64,000 nucleotides of DNA from Gnetum montanum. Lineage: Eukaryota; Plantae; Gnetophyta. Of the stretch, positions 1 to 12,701 are shown piece after piece. Position 1 is the stretch's first letter. Each line of letters starts with the position of its first letter. The translations under genes were made by a program, and so were the position numbers. The notes under the pieces were generated by a model. It ran no database searches and was not told where the DNA came from. It saw only the letters and a list, made by a program, of their open reading frames with translations. Location of the stretch: positions 51,134 to 115,133 of the forward strand of contig MNCI01000606.1 in the NCBI GenBank assembly GCA_015680685.1, given 5' to 3'.

Positions 1-585
1 TCCTAGTAGTCTTTAGCAATAGTTTGGGACTCAAACTAGATTCCCAGAAACTCTAAAATCTAACTTAGTTGAAGCAATTCAAAATTTTGCTAATTGTCAA
101 CTTGATAATTTTTGAAACTTACAAAATGACATCTATTGTAGTAAGAATTCTTACAAATCTAAGATTTAACACAACCCTACAAGGAAATGATCTAAGCATT
201 CCACAACCACTAAATGGTCTAAAGAAATAAATCTTTAAATCAAAAGGGGACTTGAATATTGTTAGAAATTCCAATAATTTGATGTAATGTTTTTACCAAA
301 CGCGAGAGAAACAAGAAGTAAAAATAAATGCATGGAATAGCTAATGAAGTATAACATATGTTTAAAACAAAAACACATGCATGATGTAATGTTAAAGAAA
401 GTGTTACATAGAATAACGTTTGTGAAAAGAATAAACTGTACATGATTAAAAAGAGAGATAGAAAAGTGGAACAAATCAAAGGCAAATTTATTGAAAATTA
501 TGCCCTTAAAAGTAGAAATATAGAAAAATTAAATATCAAGAGAAAGAACCTAGGAGGTTGTGATGGTAATACTATGAGATGAAAT
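1..585 (-). repeat. Probable distal part of the 3' LTR of Tat/Ogre element T1, split by insertion of element A
   Basis: Non-coding; becomes contiguous with 7279-8127 once element A is removed. No second LTR is available in the window for confirmation. Confidence 0.4.
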
Positions 586-1671
586 TGAGAACTGAGAACT
601 TAGAAGGAGGGATGAATAAGTTGTCCAAATTGCAAGCAACACCTTTTACACAAAACATAAGATTTACGTGGTTCCCTAACTTGGGTAGTCCACACTCAAA
701 GGGTAGAATCCTTGCATATCTCTAGTCCTTGTTACTTCTAAAATGTGACTTAGAGGACACCATGACCTTTACAAAGTTTAAGCTCTGCTAAGAAGAGTTT
801 TGTTGTTGCAAAAACTCTTAACCTTGTAAGGTTCCAACAGGCTTAAGAGTGTTTTAAAGGATCTCACAACCTGTACAAAATAGAGCTTAGCTCTAGAGTT
901 CTTTGATGAAATAAAACAACTTAATTCCATAGGATCCAAATAATCTCTAAAAGGATTCCTTCTTGCAAGAAGCACATCAACCCCTCAAGGCAACAAGAAA
1001 GAAAAAAAAACCACAAGGAGACATTGTAACTTAATTTACAAAATCCTTGTACAATGAAGCATAGTTCCACAATAAATCTAATAAATGATGTGACAATTAA
1101 AGTACACAAGTACAACAACATGAGATAGATAATGATAAATTTGATGTTTATAATACTTACACAATTTCCAAGAGTTTTAAGTCTACTTATAGCCTCAGAG
1201 TTTTCAAAAATACCTCAAAATTCATGCAATATCTATTCAACGACTAGTGTAGATGTCTCCTTCGAGATTGGGATGTCTCTATGAATTTAGCTTCAACTCT
1301 GGGGAGATGTCTCCTTTTAGAATGGAACATCTATGAGGAGATTTCTTCTTGACAAAGGAGACAAATCCTATTTTTGGAAGACATCTTCCTATGATTGACT
1401 TCCTCTTGTCCAAGGTGTCTTCTTTTCCTTGGATACATCTCATTAACTTTTGAGATATGGGAGGCTTTCTCTTGTTGATTTAGCTTCCTCTCAATCCCTA
1501 AAGCATCTTAATTTAGCTTGTTGTCTTCATAGTTGTCCATGCTCTCATTTTTCCTATGAGTCTTTATCCATTATGTGGAGTTCTTGTCCTTGTCCTATAA
1601 ATACAAAATCTACAATAAACATCATTTTTTCTCTATTTTCCTTAATGTTTTGACATACCAAAGGGTCAAAA
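586..1671 (-). repeat. 3' LTR of element A
   Basis: Collinear with 6165-7278 along its whole length (e.g. gatgaataa...caagcaacac...cacaaaacataaga; ttttccttaatgttttgacatacca). Confidence 0.9.
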
Positions 1672-1775
1672 ATCTCCTCCTTTTTGGTAATGTCAAAAAA
1701 TTAAGAAAATAAGTGAGTATAATCATGAAAATAAAATATAGCACAAGCACTTCTCCCCATTTTTGGACATGAACA
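1672..1775 (-). other. PPT of element A plus an upstream second PPT
   Basis: Minus strand reads ccaaaaaggaggagat abutting the LTR, with ccaaaaatggggagaag at ~1750-1766. Multiple PPTs are typical of Sireviruses. Confidence 0.8.
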
Positions 1776-2184
1776 AAAAGGATAATGCACATAAACTCTA
1801 TGGTAGAAAAGAAAATATTAAAATATTAAAGGATCAAGATAGATAAATTCCAATGGTAGCCATGATGATAATGAAGATAATGGCTCTAAGGCTCAAGGCA
1901 TAGGGTAGAGATTGCATGAAATATAACAATGAGACTATAAAGGAAAAAACATGTATCTATAATAAAAACATCAAAAAAACATAAGCATGATATAAACACA
2001 TAAACTATCTATTCATGAACTATCCACATAAACTATTCATAAAACTTGTCCACAATGCATATAGTTGCTCACATATCCTTATCATGTACAAAAACCAAAT
2101 ATGTGTACATCATCAAGAAAAATGTTTCTCCCTTCCTTTTTCTTTCAAACATCATCAAAAAGAATAGCGCACCCAAGGATCATA

Positions 2185-3805
2185 ATCACTAACCTCGGTT
2201 GTATCATTTGAGTCATCATTGGAAGCACTTGTAGCTTAACAAGGCCAATAGGTCTCCTCCTCATCATTTTCACTATTGGTGTTGGTGTTGGACACATGTT
2301 GCTCATCATCATCATTCGAAGAAGGTGACTAGATTGGAGTTCTACATGGATGAAGATTTACTTGAAATCAAGATGAAGCTAGTAGATCTAGCTAGGATGG
2401 AGCCTATTGAAAGGGTGAGAAAGTTTTCTTCCTTTGATAAGTAAGAGGTTTAGTAGGTCTCCATTGCAAAGAAGTCCCAAAAATGCTCTCTATAGCCTAC
2501 TACTCAAAAATCATGAGAGCATAAACCTATGGATAGGAACTGGGTCCTTTTTCTATGGGGTCATGAGGCTCCCTTTGAACACATACCAGTGGTGCATCAA
2601 GCTCATCTAAATTGAAGGCATTTTTGAAGTAATAGGTTTGGGAAGGCCTAGCTACTGCTAAATGTTGAGGTGGAATAGTATGGTCTTCCTCACTATCTAA
2701 AATGGAAGGAGTGGTAATCTTCTTAAACTATTGTTCATCGAGAGGAGGAGGAATCCCAACAACATCCAATCTCTTATGAAGGTAAGAGAGGTTACGATTG
2801 ATCATCCCAAGTGTGTGAGCAAGTGGCCTGAACAACTTCTTCAATGAAGACCTTATCTAGGTCTTTGTAGATTTGGACCTTCTCAACTATGAAGAGGCTT
2901 GGAATGGTAATGTTGATCTCTTCTTCTGGGACTGTGGTGGTTGGTGCTTGATCTTGCTTCATCGGCATGGGAAGAGCTCCTCTTAGTTGCATATTCACTA
3001 GGATTCCTCTTTCCTTTAATCAAAGAAATATCTAGAATGGATACACCTCTTTGACAGATTAGTAGACTAATGAGGTGAGGATGTCCCAAGATCCTCTCTT
3101 TGGTAAACATACCTAGCATGTCACAATAGAGGGTATGACCCAAGTCCAAAGGATATCCTATAAGAAGATAATATAGAATAAATGCTTGGGCTTTAGTAAA
3201 TAGTTATAGATTTCCCCTTTCATAATGATGTTATACAAGACGATGAGCTATAAGATGGAAGCATTAGGATCCATCTGACTCCTATAAATCTTCCCTCTAC
3301 CAAGAGACATAGACTCCCAAAATAATGCATCATAGAATTCATCTTGGAAAATGGGAATTACACCATTCATGAAAATATCATTAATGGAATGAATGATGAT
3401 CTTGAATACGTAAGCACTAGTAATCCCAAGAAGTGCATTGACTAATTGAGGATATACCTCTATGACCAAACCCTTAATCATGGAAGTAAAAGCTTCAAAA
3501 TTAGTATTCATAATGACTATATTACTATAAATTTCCATAATGAGAATTTTGGATACACAAAAATTCATAGAGATAAATGTGATCCAATTTAAATCTTAGA
3601 GGAAACTCATCAATTCATTTTGCCTACATTGTGGGAAGGAAAGAGAATTCTCAGAAACAATGGAAATAATTCAAGTTACCTTAAACTAGTGTTGGATGCT
3701 TCCTAAATGAAATTGAGGGTTGTAGGTGGTGGAAGTGCTTAGAGATGCTTTCTTACATTTCTTCTTTCGCAATGACCTAGATGTTGCAACATTCTTGTGA
3801 GCCAT
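2185..3805 (-). pseudogene. Decayed extra ORF2 ('env-like'/putative plant transposon protein) of element A
   Basis: Starts MAHKNVATS. Fragments 3248-3568 and 2883-3149 (LDLGHTLY..LGHPHLISLLI), acidic C-terminus. Homologous to 38624-40025+48837-49030. Confidence 0.75.
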
Positions 3806-3924
3806 GGATGCACATATCATTATTGTTGGTAGGGTCTAAGTCATCTCTTCTCTCCTTGTCATCTCATTGAAAATGATTCAAAAATAAGGGTTTGGATTTA
3901 CATAATCACATCAAGCATAGGTAA

Positions 3925-4135
3925 CAAAAAAGTAGACATATCTTTTAAAAGATAGATGTATCCTCTATACCTAAAACTACAAGTAGACATCTCTTTTGGA
4001 AAGTAGATGTCTCCATTGCATAGAGATAAAAATCAGGTAGATGTCTCCTTCCATGAGTAGACATTACTAGGTAGACATCTCTTTTGAATGTAGATGTCTC
4101 ATAGGAGACATCTTTAGGGAGATGTCTCATCAAGA
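3925..4135. promoter_or_regulatory. Array of AGATGTCTC/GAGACATCT motifs in the gag-ORF2 spacer
   Basis: About ten degenerate copies in both orientations. The same motif is arrayed in the LTRs (1250-1445, 6830-7020). Confidence 0.6.
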
Positions 4136-4299
4136 TGTGAATCAACAAGATAAGGCATAGGAATGGCTACCAAGGTTTATAGTGTTAAAATATACTTACA
4201 ATGAATTGAAAACTTACCTCTACTTACCCTCCTTGTTGATGAAAAGATGAGAGCACCTAAGAAGATTGAGAAAGAGATTCCTCTATTAAGGTACCTCTT

Positions 4300-6109
4300 C
4301 TTGCATCAACTTCCTCTATTTCCAAGGACTACCTTCCTTTCACAAAGTTGCTAGAGAGGATCTTTTCAATATCATTTTCTTTTCTTTTGATTCTCCATGT
4401 CTTCTTAGCTTTCTTGTCCTTCTGAATTATCCTTGTTTTCTTGTGGTCATGCATAGTTTCCTTTCTAGACACATTTGGGTAAGACCAGGGAGTCTTATGA
4501 TATAACTAGGTGTTCATATCATAATATTTCAAATTTCAATTCCATTACTTATGCCCAAGATTATTATAGTAACAACATCTAATCTTTCTATTATGATTAG
4601 AGTAATTAAACCTTGGAGTTGTTTGTGGTTGGGATGTGATAATGGTTGATACTTTAATCTTTGGAGAAACCTTTTGTTTGAATGAATTTTATGTAGATGC
4701 TTCTTCTTGTTAGCAACACCCTAGTCCACTTTTATCATGTGAACTTCTTCCTTGCCCAAGAACCATCCAAAGGTACTCTTTTCCTTTGATCAACCTTTCA
4801 TTTACAAGTTTAGCATCTACAAGTTCTTTCTTAATCTACTCATAAGACTTGGTTAGATCTTTATTCTTAGCTGTAAGGTTTAAGATTTCTTTTGTAAGAT
4901 CAAAAATTATTATATTTAATGAAGAAATATCTTGATTCTTTGTTTTTATTTGCTTAGTCAACTTTACACAAAGACTTTAAAATGATAAGAGTTCCTTACA
5001 CAATAGGTCATACCTCTCTTCCTAATTCTCAAATTGATCATCATTTGAGATGCTAGCATCATCATCTATGAGAGCCATACAAATGAGGTGTGAATATTTT
5101 GCATTGTCCTCCACCTCTTCTTCACTTTTTTCTCCATCATTCCAACTTGTGTAGAAATTGGTCTTTTTCATATCCACATCATTCCTGTTTTTTCATTCTA
5201 ACCTAGGATTACTAGGAAATTTGGAGGCCACATGGCCTCTTCCACCACAAATCCAACATTTTATTGAAAAAGAATCAAAATTATAGTTTGATGAATACTT
5301 ATCTTTAACCTTATCCTTGGTATTGAATTGGCTGGATCCTTGTTGCTAAAGGTTCTTACATATTTTTCTTGATAGCTTTTGAAGCCTTCTAGATAAAAGA
5401 GAAATTTCTTCTTGAATATTCACTACATGATCTTTTAGGTCCTTCTCTAATTCCAAGGTAATAAGTTTTTCTTTTATTTATCCTTCACTTATGAGATTCA
5501 TTTCATAGGCAATAAAGACACTCTAGAGTTCTTCAAATTTTAAAACTAAAAAGTCCCTAATTTCTTCCATTGCTATAACCTTAGGTATAAAATCATGTTG
5601 GAGTGTTTGAATCATTTTTATTATCACATCTCTCTTAGGTTGATCCTTTCCAATACTGCTAATTGCTACAACTAAATTGTTAGCCCTAAAAAAATAGTCT
5701 TTTATCTTTTTACCTTCTCTTATTCTAAGTTTGTCATATTCACTTTGTAAAACTAAAATTTTAGATTGGTTAACTATGAATGTGCCCTCATAGGTAGCTT
5801 CTAATGTTTCTCAAATTTCTTTAGTCATTATACATCTAGTATTCTCTTGAATTCAAACTTATTTAATGCACAATATAAACAATTTTTTACTTTGAAATTG
5901 TACATAAACTTATCTCTTTCTTTCGACTTCCACTTGCTCCATAATTTGAGAATCTTCATTGCACTATCAACTAGTGGTGTGTATCCTTTGAGAATGGACT
6001 TCCAAACCTTAAAATCCATTAATTCAAAGAAGCCCTACATCCTTGCCTTCAAGTATGCAAAATAAAACCCATAGAACATAGGTGGCTTCATGTATGATGT
6101 TTCCTCCAT
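4300..6109 (-). pseudogene. gag: Decayed Copia gag of element A
   Basis: MEETSYMKPPMF..YFAYLKARM..VWKSILKGY N-terminus, CWICGGRGH knuckle at ~5230-5260, coiled coil, second degenerate knuckle at ~4540-4580. Many stops and frameshifts. Confidence 0.88.
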
Positions 6110-6145
6110 AGTTCACTCTTGAATGTTGATGTTGAGTGCAAGAGT

Positions 6146-6162
6146 ATCAGGATCTAATACCA
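6146..6162 (-). other. Primer binding site (initiator tRNA-Met type)
   Basis: Minus strand tggtattagatc, a decayed TGGTATCAGAGC, 2 nt from the LTR end. Confidence 0.75.
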
Positions 6163-6164
6163 CT

Positions 6165-7278
6165 TAAGGACCAATAATTTAGAAGAAGGGGATGAATAAT
6201 CTCCCCAAATTACAAGCAACACTTCTTACACAAAACATAAGAATTACGTGGTTCCCCAACTTGGGTAGTTCACACTTGAAGGATAGATTCCTTGCACACC
6301 TCTAGACTTTGTTTCTTCCAAAATTTCATTTACAAGACATCACAACCTTTGCAAAGTTTGAGCTTCATGAAGGAGAGTTTCCTCGCTATGAAAAATCTTA
6401 ACCCCACAAGGTTCCAACAAGCTCAAGAGTGTTCTAAAATATTCCATAACTTGTAAAAAATAGAGCTCATCTCCAGAGGATTTTGACGCAGCAAAACAAC
6501 TTAATCCCATAGGATCCCAAAAGCTCTAAGAGGATGCCTTCTCACAAGAAGCACATCAACCCCCCAAGGTAGCAAGAAAAGAAAAATAAATACAAGGAGA
6601 GAGTATAACTCAATTTACAAATTCCTTGTATAATGAAGCGTAGTTCCACAACAAAATCTAACAAATGATGTGACAATTCAATTAAACAAGTATAATAGCA
6701 TAAGATAGACAATGATAGCTTTGATGTTGACAATGCTTACATAGTTCCAAGATTTTGGAGTTTACTTATAGTCTCAAATTTTCTAAAAATACCTTAAAAT
6801 TTCTACAAGAACTATTCAATGGCTAGTGTAGATGTCTCTCTTAAGATTGTGACATCTCTTTGAATTTAGCTTCAACTCTGGGAGATGTCTCCTTTCAGAA
6901 TGGGACATCTTTGAGAAGGCATCTTCTTTGCAAAGGATACATCTCTTGTTTTTGGGAGACATATTTTTTTGATTGACTTCCTCTCAACCAAGATGTCTTC
7001 TATTTCTTGGAGACGTTTTCTCAACTTTTGAGCTTTGGGAGGATTCTTATTGATTTAGCTTCCTCTTAATCCCTGGAGCATCTTCATTTTGCTTATAGTC
7101 TTTGTACTTGTCCATGCTCTTATTTTGACTATGAAGTCTTTTAGTTTGATAGCCATGCTTCCTTGAGTCCTTATCCATGATGTGGAGTTCTTGTTCTTGC
7201 CTTGTAAATACAACATCCATGACAAACATCCTTTGTTTTCCATTTTCCTTAATGTTTTGACATACCAAAAGGTTAACA
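6165..7278 (-). repeat. 5' LTR of element A
   Basis: Starts TGTTAACC on the minus strand at 7278; aligns with 586-1671. Confidence 0.9.
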
Positions 7279-8127
7279 AAAGATAGGGATTAGGGATGAT
7301 TGATGAGGAGCTACATTACCCTATTCTCTCTCTAATGAATGTGCTTAATAAATATTTGATAGAACTGCTATAGATTAGAAACTAGAAATATGTAATAACA
7401 AAGGATTAAATTAGATTTGTGCATCAATCTAGATCATAAAGAATTATTCTCGTAATAGGAGGATAGCATAGAGGAAATATAATGTATTAATGGGGAGAGA
7501 AAATAATTAAAAAGAAACTTTAAAAAGTTGAAGATCACATATAGTTTTCTAATAATTGCTGGAAAAGTAGCTATTTCATGAAATGGATGAGTCTTCAAAA
7601 AGTTTTCCAATTTCTAATATTCCAACTACTAGCCTCTTTCTATTTAGGGGTATCCTCCTATTTATAGGTCATAAATGCCTTATAGATTGTGAAGAAATTA
7701 TGCATTAGGGTCCACAAAATATTCTATAATATTTTAGAGAAGAGAAATAAGTTGTAGTTGTAGTAGAGATTGAAGATATAGCTAATGTAGAAAATGATGT
7801 CAAATGTCAAAAGTAAGATTGATGTTGGGCATTAAAGAGAAAATTGATGCTAAAGATTAAGGATATATTACTAAAGAAGCTAAAATCAAAATCAATGTAG
7901 GAGATGATGCTAGATGTTAAAACTAAAGGCTAAGAATAAGCATGCCAAATTAATGCTAAAAATGATGTAAGATGTCATCTTGATGAATGTTGGAGAAGAA
8001 TCACAAACAACTTGGTTGATGACATAGAATGTTGAATCTAGACTATTGAAGATGGCTTTGAGATAAAAATCCATGGAATAAACCAAGAACTTTGACTTAT
8101 GCAGAAAAAGCTAAACTGGGTACAACA
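7279..8127 (-). repeat. Probable proximal (U3/R) part of the 3' LTR of Tat/Ogre element T1
   Basis: Minus strand begins TGTTGTACCCAG at 8127 after a purine-rich tract. TGATGY-motif array at 7790-8030 and CTATAAATAGG TATA at ~7657-7667. Confidence 0.5.
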
Positions 8128-9379
8128 TTATTACCCTTGATGTACATTGCTAAAAAGCTGAAGAAGAATATATAAAGAAAAGGCACAAGTTATTAGGTAT
8201 CTATAAGAGAATTTAAATGAACCAAGAAAATGAGGAGAAATTTTGAGACATTGTTGATATACCTACTATGGAGTGGTACACCACAAAACTAGAGCATGAT
8301 TTAATTCAAAAAAGTACACATAAAAATGTTAGTAAAACACTCCCTAACCTACTCATTTTTCTTAATTAAATCCTTATCGAAGAAAGGTAGGAGGGCACTT
8401 GTTTAGCCTCACTACTATAGAACATGAAAGGAGAAAGAGATAGAGAAAGATAGAGAGATAGAAAAAAGAGAAAATAATAAATAATAAAATAAGAGGAAAG
8501 AAAGCTAGGAACATTATTGATAAATTAATGGTAGGGTGCTATGTTGTAGAAGAAGAACATGGCTACAACCCTAAAACCAACCTCTCCCTTATCTCACTCA
8601 CATGAATATTTACACTTCTTGCATTACTTTGAACTCAACACTATCGCACTGGGTTAGAACAAAGACACTTGTTTGACCTTAATAATGCTAAATATAGAGA
8701 GAAATAAAAATAGATTAGGATAAGGAATGAGAGGAAGAAGAGAGAAATATTATATAGAAGAGCATAAATTATTAGCATACAAAGATAAAATGTAAAGAAG
8801 AAAGGCAAAAAAAGAGGTTATCACTCATACACATGTCATGATGACAATGTTATGTCATAGAAGTGGGGCATGGCTAAATCCTACATTTTACATTGAAAAA
8901 AGGATGTCATATATATTATTAAAATAATCCCTTCTTATCTCGCTAAAAAATACACTCAGGCATGTCCTTACATAAAGTAGTGAGATATTTAGTTACTAAA
9001 AAACCTCACTAATTTGTGTTGGGCACATAGAGAAGAACGGGATAGACAACATCGGGAACTATGAAGAAAATAGCTAGAGAAATAATAGAACATAAGATAG
9101 AGGGGGAAGGGGGAGGAATAGTAAGTAAAATAGTGCAAGTAAAATAGGGTTTAGAGAAAGCTCGTTATTCTAACATATTATATATCTTGTCATAGTATAA
9201 AAGATCTAAAATATAGTAAAGTATCACCAAGAGAACACATGTTTAGTATTAAACAATTAGCAGGTTCAATGTTGTGAATTGACTATATGTAGTAGTGCTT
9301 TAAGAAGCTTTTGTTGACAGGATTTGGAAATTGATGTCCTTCTATATTAGATAGGATATAGATGTCATTTTGTAGAGAT

Positions 9380-12300
9380 TTAATCACTAGAAAGGGACCT
9401 TGGAAGTGGGGGACAACTTTATAACTTTAGAGTTTATAAAATGGCATAGGAATAGATTTCCTTTATGAATCTCTTTGATTCTAACATGTTTGAAGTTTTG
9501 ACATTGATTATTTGCTTGATATTCTTATAGATGTTGAAGAATAACTTGTCATTATTCTTTAACAAGATCCAACTCAATGCATCACATGTTGTTGTTATCC
9601 TAATCTAAATACTAAACATGGAGAGCAACATGAAGAGATGAAATATAGAGCTTAGCTAGTAAGATTTTCTTAGAACCATAGGCTAAAAAATACAAGATAT
9701 GACCAATAATTATATGAAAGATGGTACAATGGACCAAAATAGCATATAATAGCTATACATGCTAATTGTGATTGGTTTTATTAACCATAATATGAAGGAA
9801 ACAAATGAAATTTTTATTAGTGGACTTGGCTTGGCCATTATATTAAAGGCAATAAAGTGATGATAATGACTAAGTAATGTGATACATGGAGAAAAAATTA
9901 ACTACTTCCTTACTTTTGAATTATGATCCATAGTTACAATTTGGAGTGGTGCATTAAAGTGGATTATTATGTGGTCAAGAATGAAATGATAAATGAAGCA
10001 GGAGTTTATAGAACATAAATAAACAACCTTTACCAATTTAGTAAAATAGCCAGTAGTAGCCAATATAAATTGGCTTCTAATAGATGAAGGAGGATTGATG
10101 GTAATAATAATTTTTAAATCTCATTTTTGGAAGGACAATGTGATTTGAAACATGTTAAGCTCATGTGAAGGGATATAAATAAGTGATGCATGTCATTGAT
10201 AAGTATCATACATCTTGACTAGATTGTACACATATTTAGCTAAGTTTGGCCACTAATAGCTTAAATAAATGATACAAGTAGCTAACATAACATAGAAGAA
10301 GGATCATAAAAGAAACTAATTAACTCTTGAGCACTAACTCTACCACTAACATCTACCACTGACGCTTGAGCAAACCTAATTAAGAACTATCTTAGACTTT
10401 ATAGGACTATGATAACATAGAAGAAGGATCATAAAAGAAACTCAACATAAAATATTAGGATTCACTAATAATAAGTGTTTACTATGTTTACATAAAGCAT
10501 CTTTTGAGCAAGTGTGAGATTATTAGAAGTATTTCTAGTAGTGAAGTAATGAAAAAGATTATCATATTATTGATTCTTATCATTATATTAATAGCATCAA
10601 TTGTGATATTAGAAGATTGTATAATAAGCATTAAACAAAAAATTTGTACAAGTTGATCTCATATAGTTAAAGGATCATTGTGAATTGTATATTTTATCAA
10701 AGTGTCAACTAGTTTATTTTTATAGTGCAAAATGTGGCTCAAGGTATGAGCAGAAAAGGAAACAATAAGTGAGTAGCCTTATAATCAAATTCACCATTAA
10801 CTTGATTTATGATGAACTAAGATTAACCATAAATAGTAATAGTCTTGACTTGATTTTGCAAGGCTAGTAAGAGACCTTGTATAAGAGCCTCATATTTAGC
10901 TATGTTATTAGTGCATGGAAAATCAAGCTTATAAGCCTTGTAATGGACTTGTTTGGGAGAAAACCTAAGGACATAGGTTGCACTAGTTTTGAAAGAAGTG
11001 TGTGCTTTGTTGAAATAAAGGACAATCTATGAATTACTTGTGTCAATATATAAGCTATGAAAAACATTAGTTGTTTCAAAAAATTATGCCTTGACCTTTG
11101 ATGAAGTGTGGAAATAGAAAAGAAAGGTTAAATTCCATAAGAATAGTCTTTCATTGTGCTAAGTGATGATTGTTAGAAGGATTATTAGTAATGACTTTAA
11201 GAATATTATCTTTGTATGTAACAAATATATTAGCACTTAGAAGGTAATATCTTCACTTTTTAAGAGTGAAGACAAGACTTAGATAAGATTTTTCAATGTT
11301 AGAATACCTAGTTTTACAATCTAAGAAAGGTTGATATATGTAATATATGGAAAGATCAAATCCATCTTATTATATTTGAGAAAGCATAATTGATATGGAA
11401 TGGTTAGATTTAGAAATATAGAGGTAAAAATGTTGATCAAATTTTGGAGGATGTAGAATAGGAGGGATGGTCAAAACTACTTTGATAAAGTCAAAGGCCT
11501 TTTGATGCATCTCATTCCATATGAAAGAGATAGATTTATGAAGTGAGTTAAAAAATGAAGATGATTAGTTAAATGACAAATTGATTAAAGATGATGTTGT
11601 AGAATACACATATCTCAAAAATTTCTAAGTGGTGCAAGATCTAGAATAGTTTTGATCTCTTTTAGATCCACTACTATGGCAAGTAACCTAACATCTTACC
11701 TATGAGGACTCCAAAGATGCATTTCTTAAGATGAAGATATAGGTTAAACTTATTACAATAAGTTAAAACTTTATCTAAGTCAAAATCATGGTTAGTTTCC
11801 AAGGTATATTTTATCATTAAATCATCAACATGATGGTTACCTATTTTGGATATTATATCATTAAAAATAAAATTCATATCTCACTGATAAGTAGCTCTAG
11901 AATTTTTGAGGTCGAAGAGTATTTTAGTGTAGCAAAATGTTCCCCAAGGAGTCATGAAGGTATTATATTGTTGGTGCTCTAGAATTCTCTGGATTTGATT
12001 ATAAATAGAAAATCAATCCATTAAGGATAGAAAAGCATGACTAGTCATAAAGTTTATGAGTTGACTGAATGTTTGGTAAAGAAAAATCATCCTTAAGAGT
12101 GACCTTTTCAAGATATCAAAGGTCAATGCATATACAAATGCTAACATTTTTTCTAGGAACTACAACCATGTTAGAAATCCAATCATAATAGATGATATGA
12201 TGAATTTATTTGTCATTGTAGAGTTTAGTGATCTTTCTTTTACAGTAAGATCAATAGCTGGATGGATTTTCCTAATCTTCTATGAATAGGTTTAGAATCT

Positions 12301-12701
12301 ACCTCTAAATGATGTTATGTTGTACTCGTTTTGGATCTAGATTGGACATATTATTATATCCCCAAGAGAAAGTAATTGAATGTTTTAGTAGAGTTTCTAA
12401 GATTGTTTCCCAAAGGTCTTGAAGAGAAGATCTCTAAGTTAAATAATTTTTTAATCATCCTTATAGCTTAGTATAGGTAACTTAATTAAGTGATCATTTG
12501 TTAAAGAGGCTCTCAATCAAGGGAAAAGAGATTAGATTGAAGTAGTAGTTCATTCTCCATGATATTTAAATATAATATAGGGGAAGTTGGACCTAATTCT
12601 AAATCAATAAAAGAGAGATCTAGATCTTGACATACTTGGCTTGCAAGGTGGCTTAAGATTAGATATTGGAGTAGAGACACTAAGTAGGTAACCATATTCA
12701 C
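9380..12701 (-). pseudogene. pol: Decayed Gypsy Tat/Ogre pol of T1: RT-RH-aRH-INT
   Basis: RT (HVDDL, KKCIFGV at 11674-11877; TPWGTFCY), additional archaeal-type RNase H (FPCTNNIAKYEALIQGL ~10850-10930), integrase remnants (ATGYFTK ~10040-10065; YCLYNMAKPSP ~9820-9860). Confidence 0.88.

Larger units (their letters stand above)
586..7278 (-). mobile_element. Element A: SIRE/Maximus-like Ty1/Copia LTR retrotransposon, non-autonomous (LTR-PBS-gag-spacer-ORF2-multiPPT-LTR, no pol)
   Basis: Two ~1.1 kb alignable LTRs, Met-type PBS, SIRE-type PPT (AAAAAGGAGGAGAT), Copia gag with two zinc knuckles. Internal region is only ~4.5 kb with no PR/INT/RT/RH motifs. Confidence 0.88.

Noticed and set aside
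581-7283. Target-site duplication for element A (and for C at 40021-40025/48837-48841)
   Set aside because: Flanks gaaat vs aaaga do not match; C's left terminus is damaged, so no TSD can be claimed.
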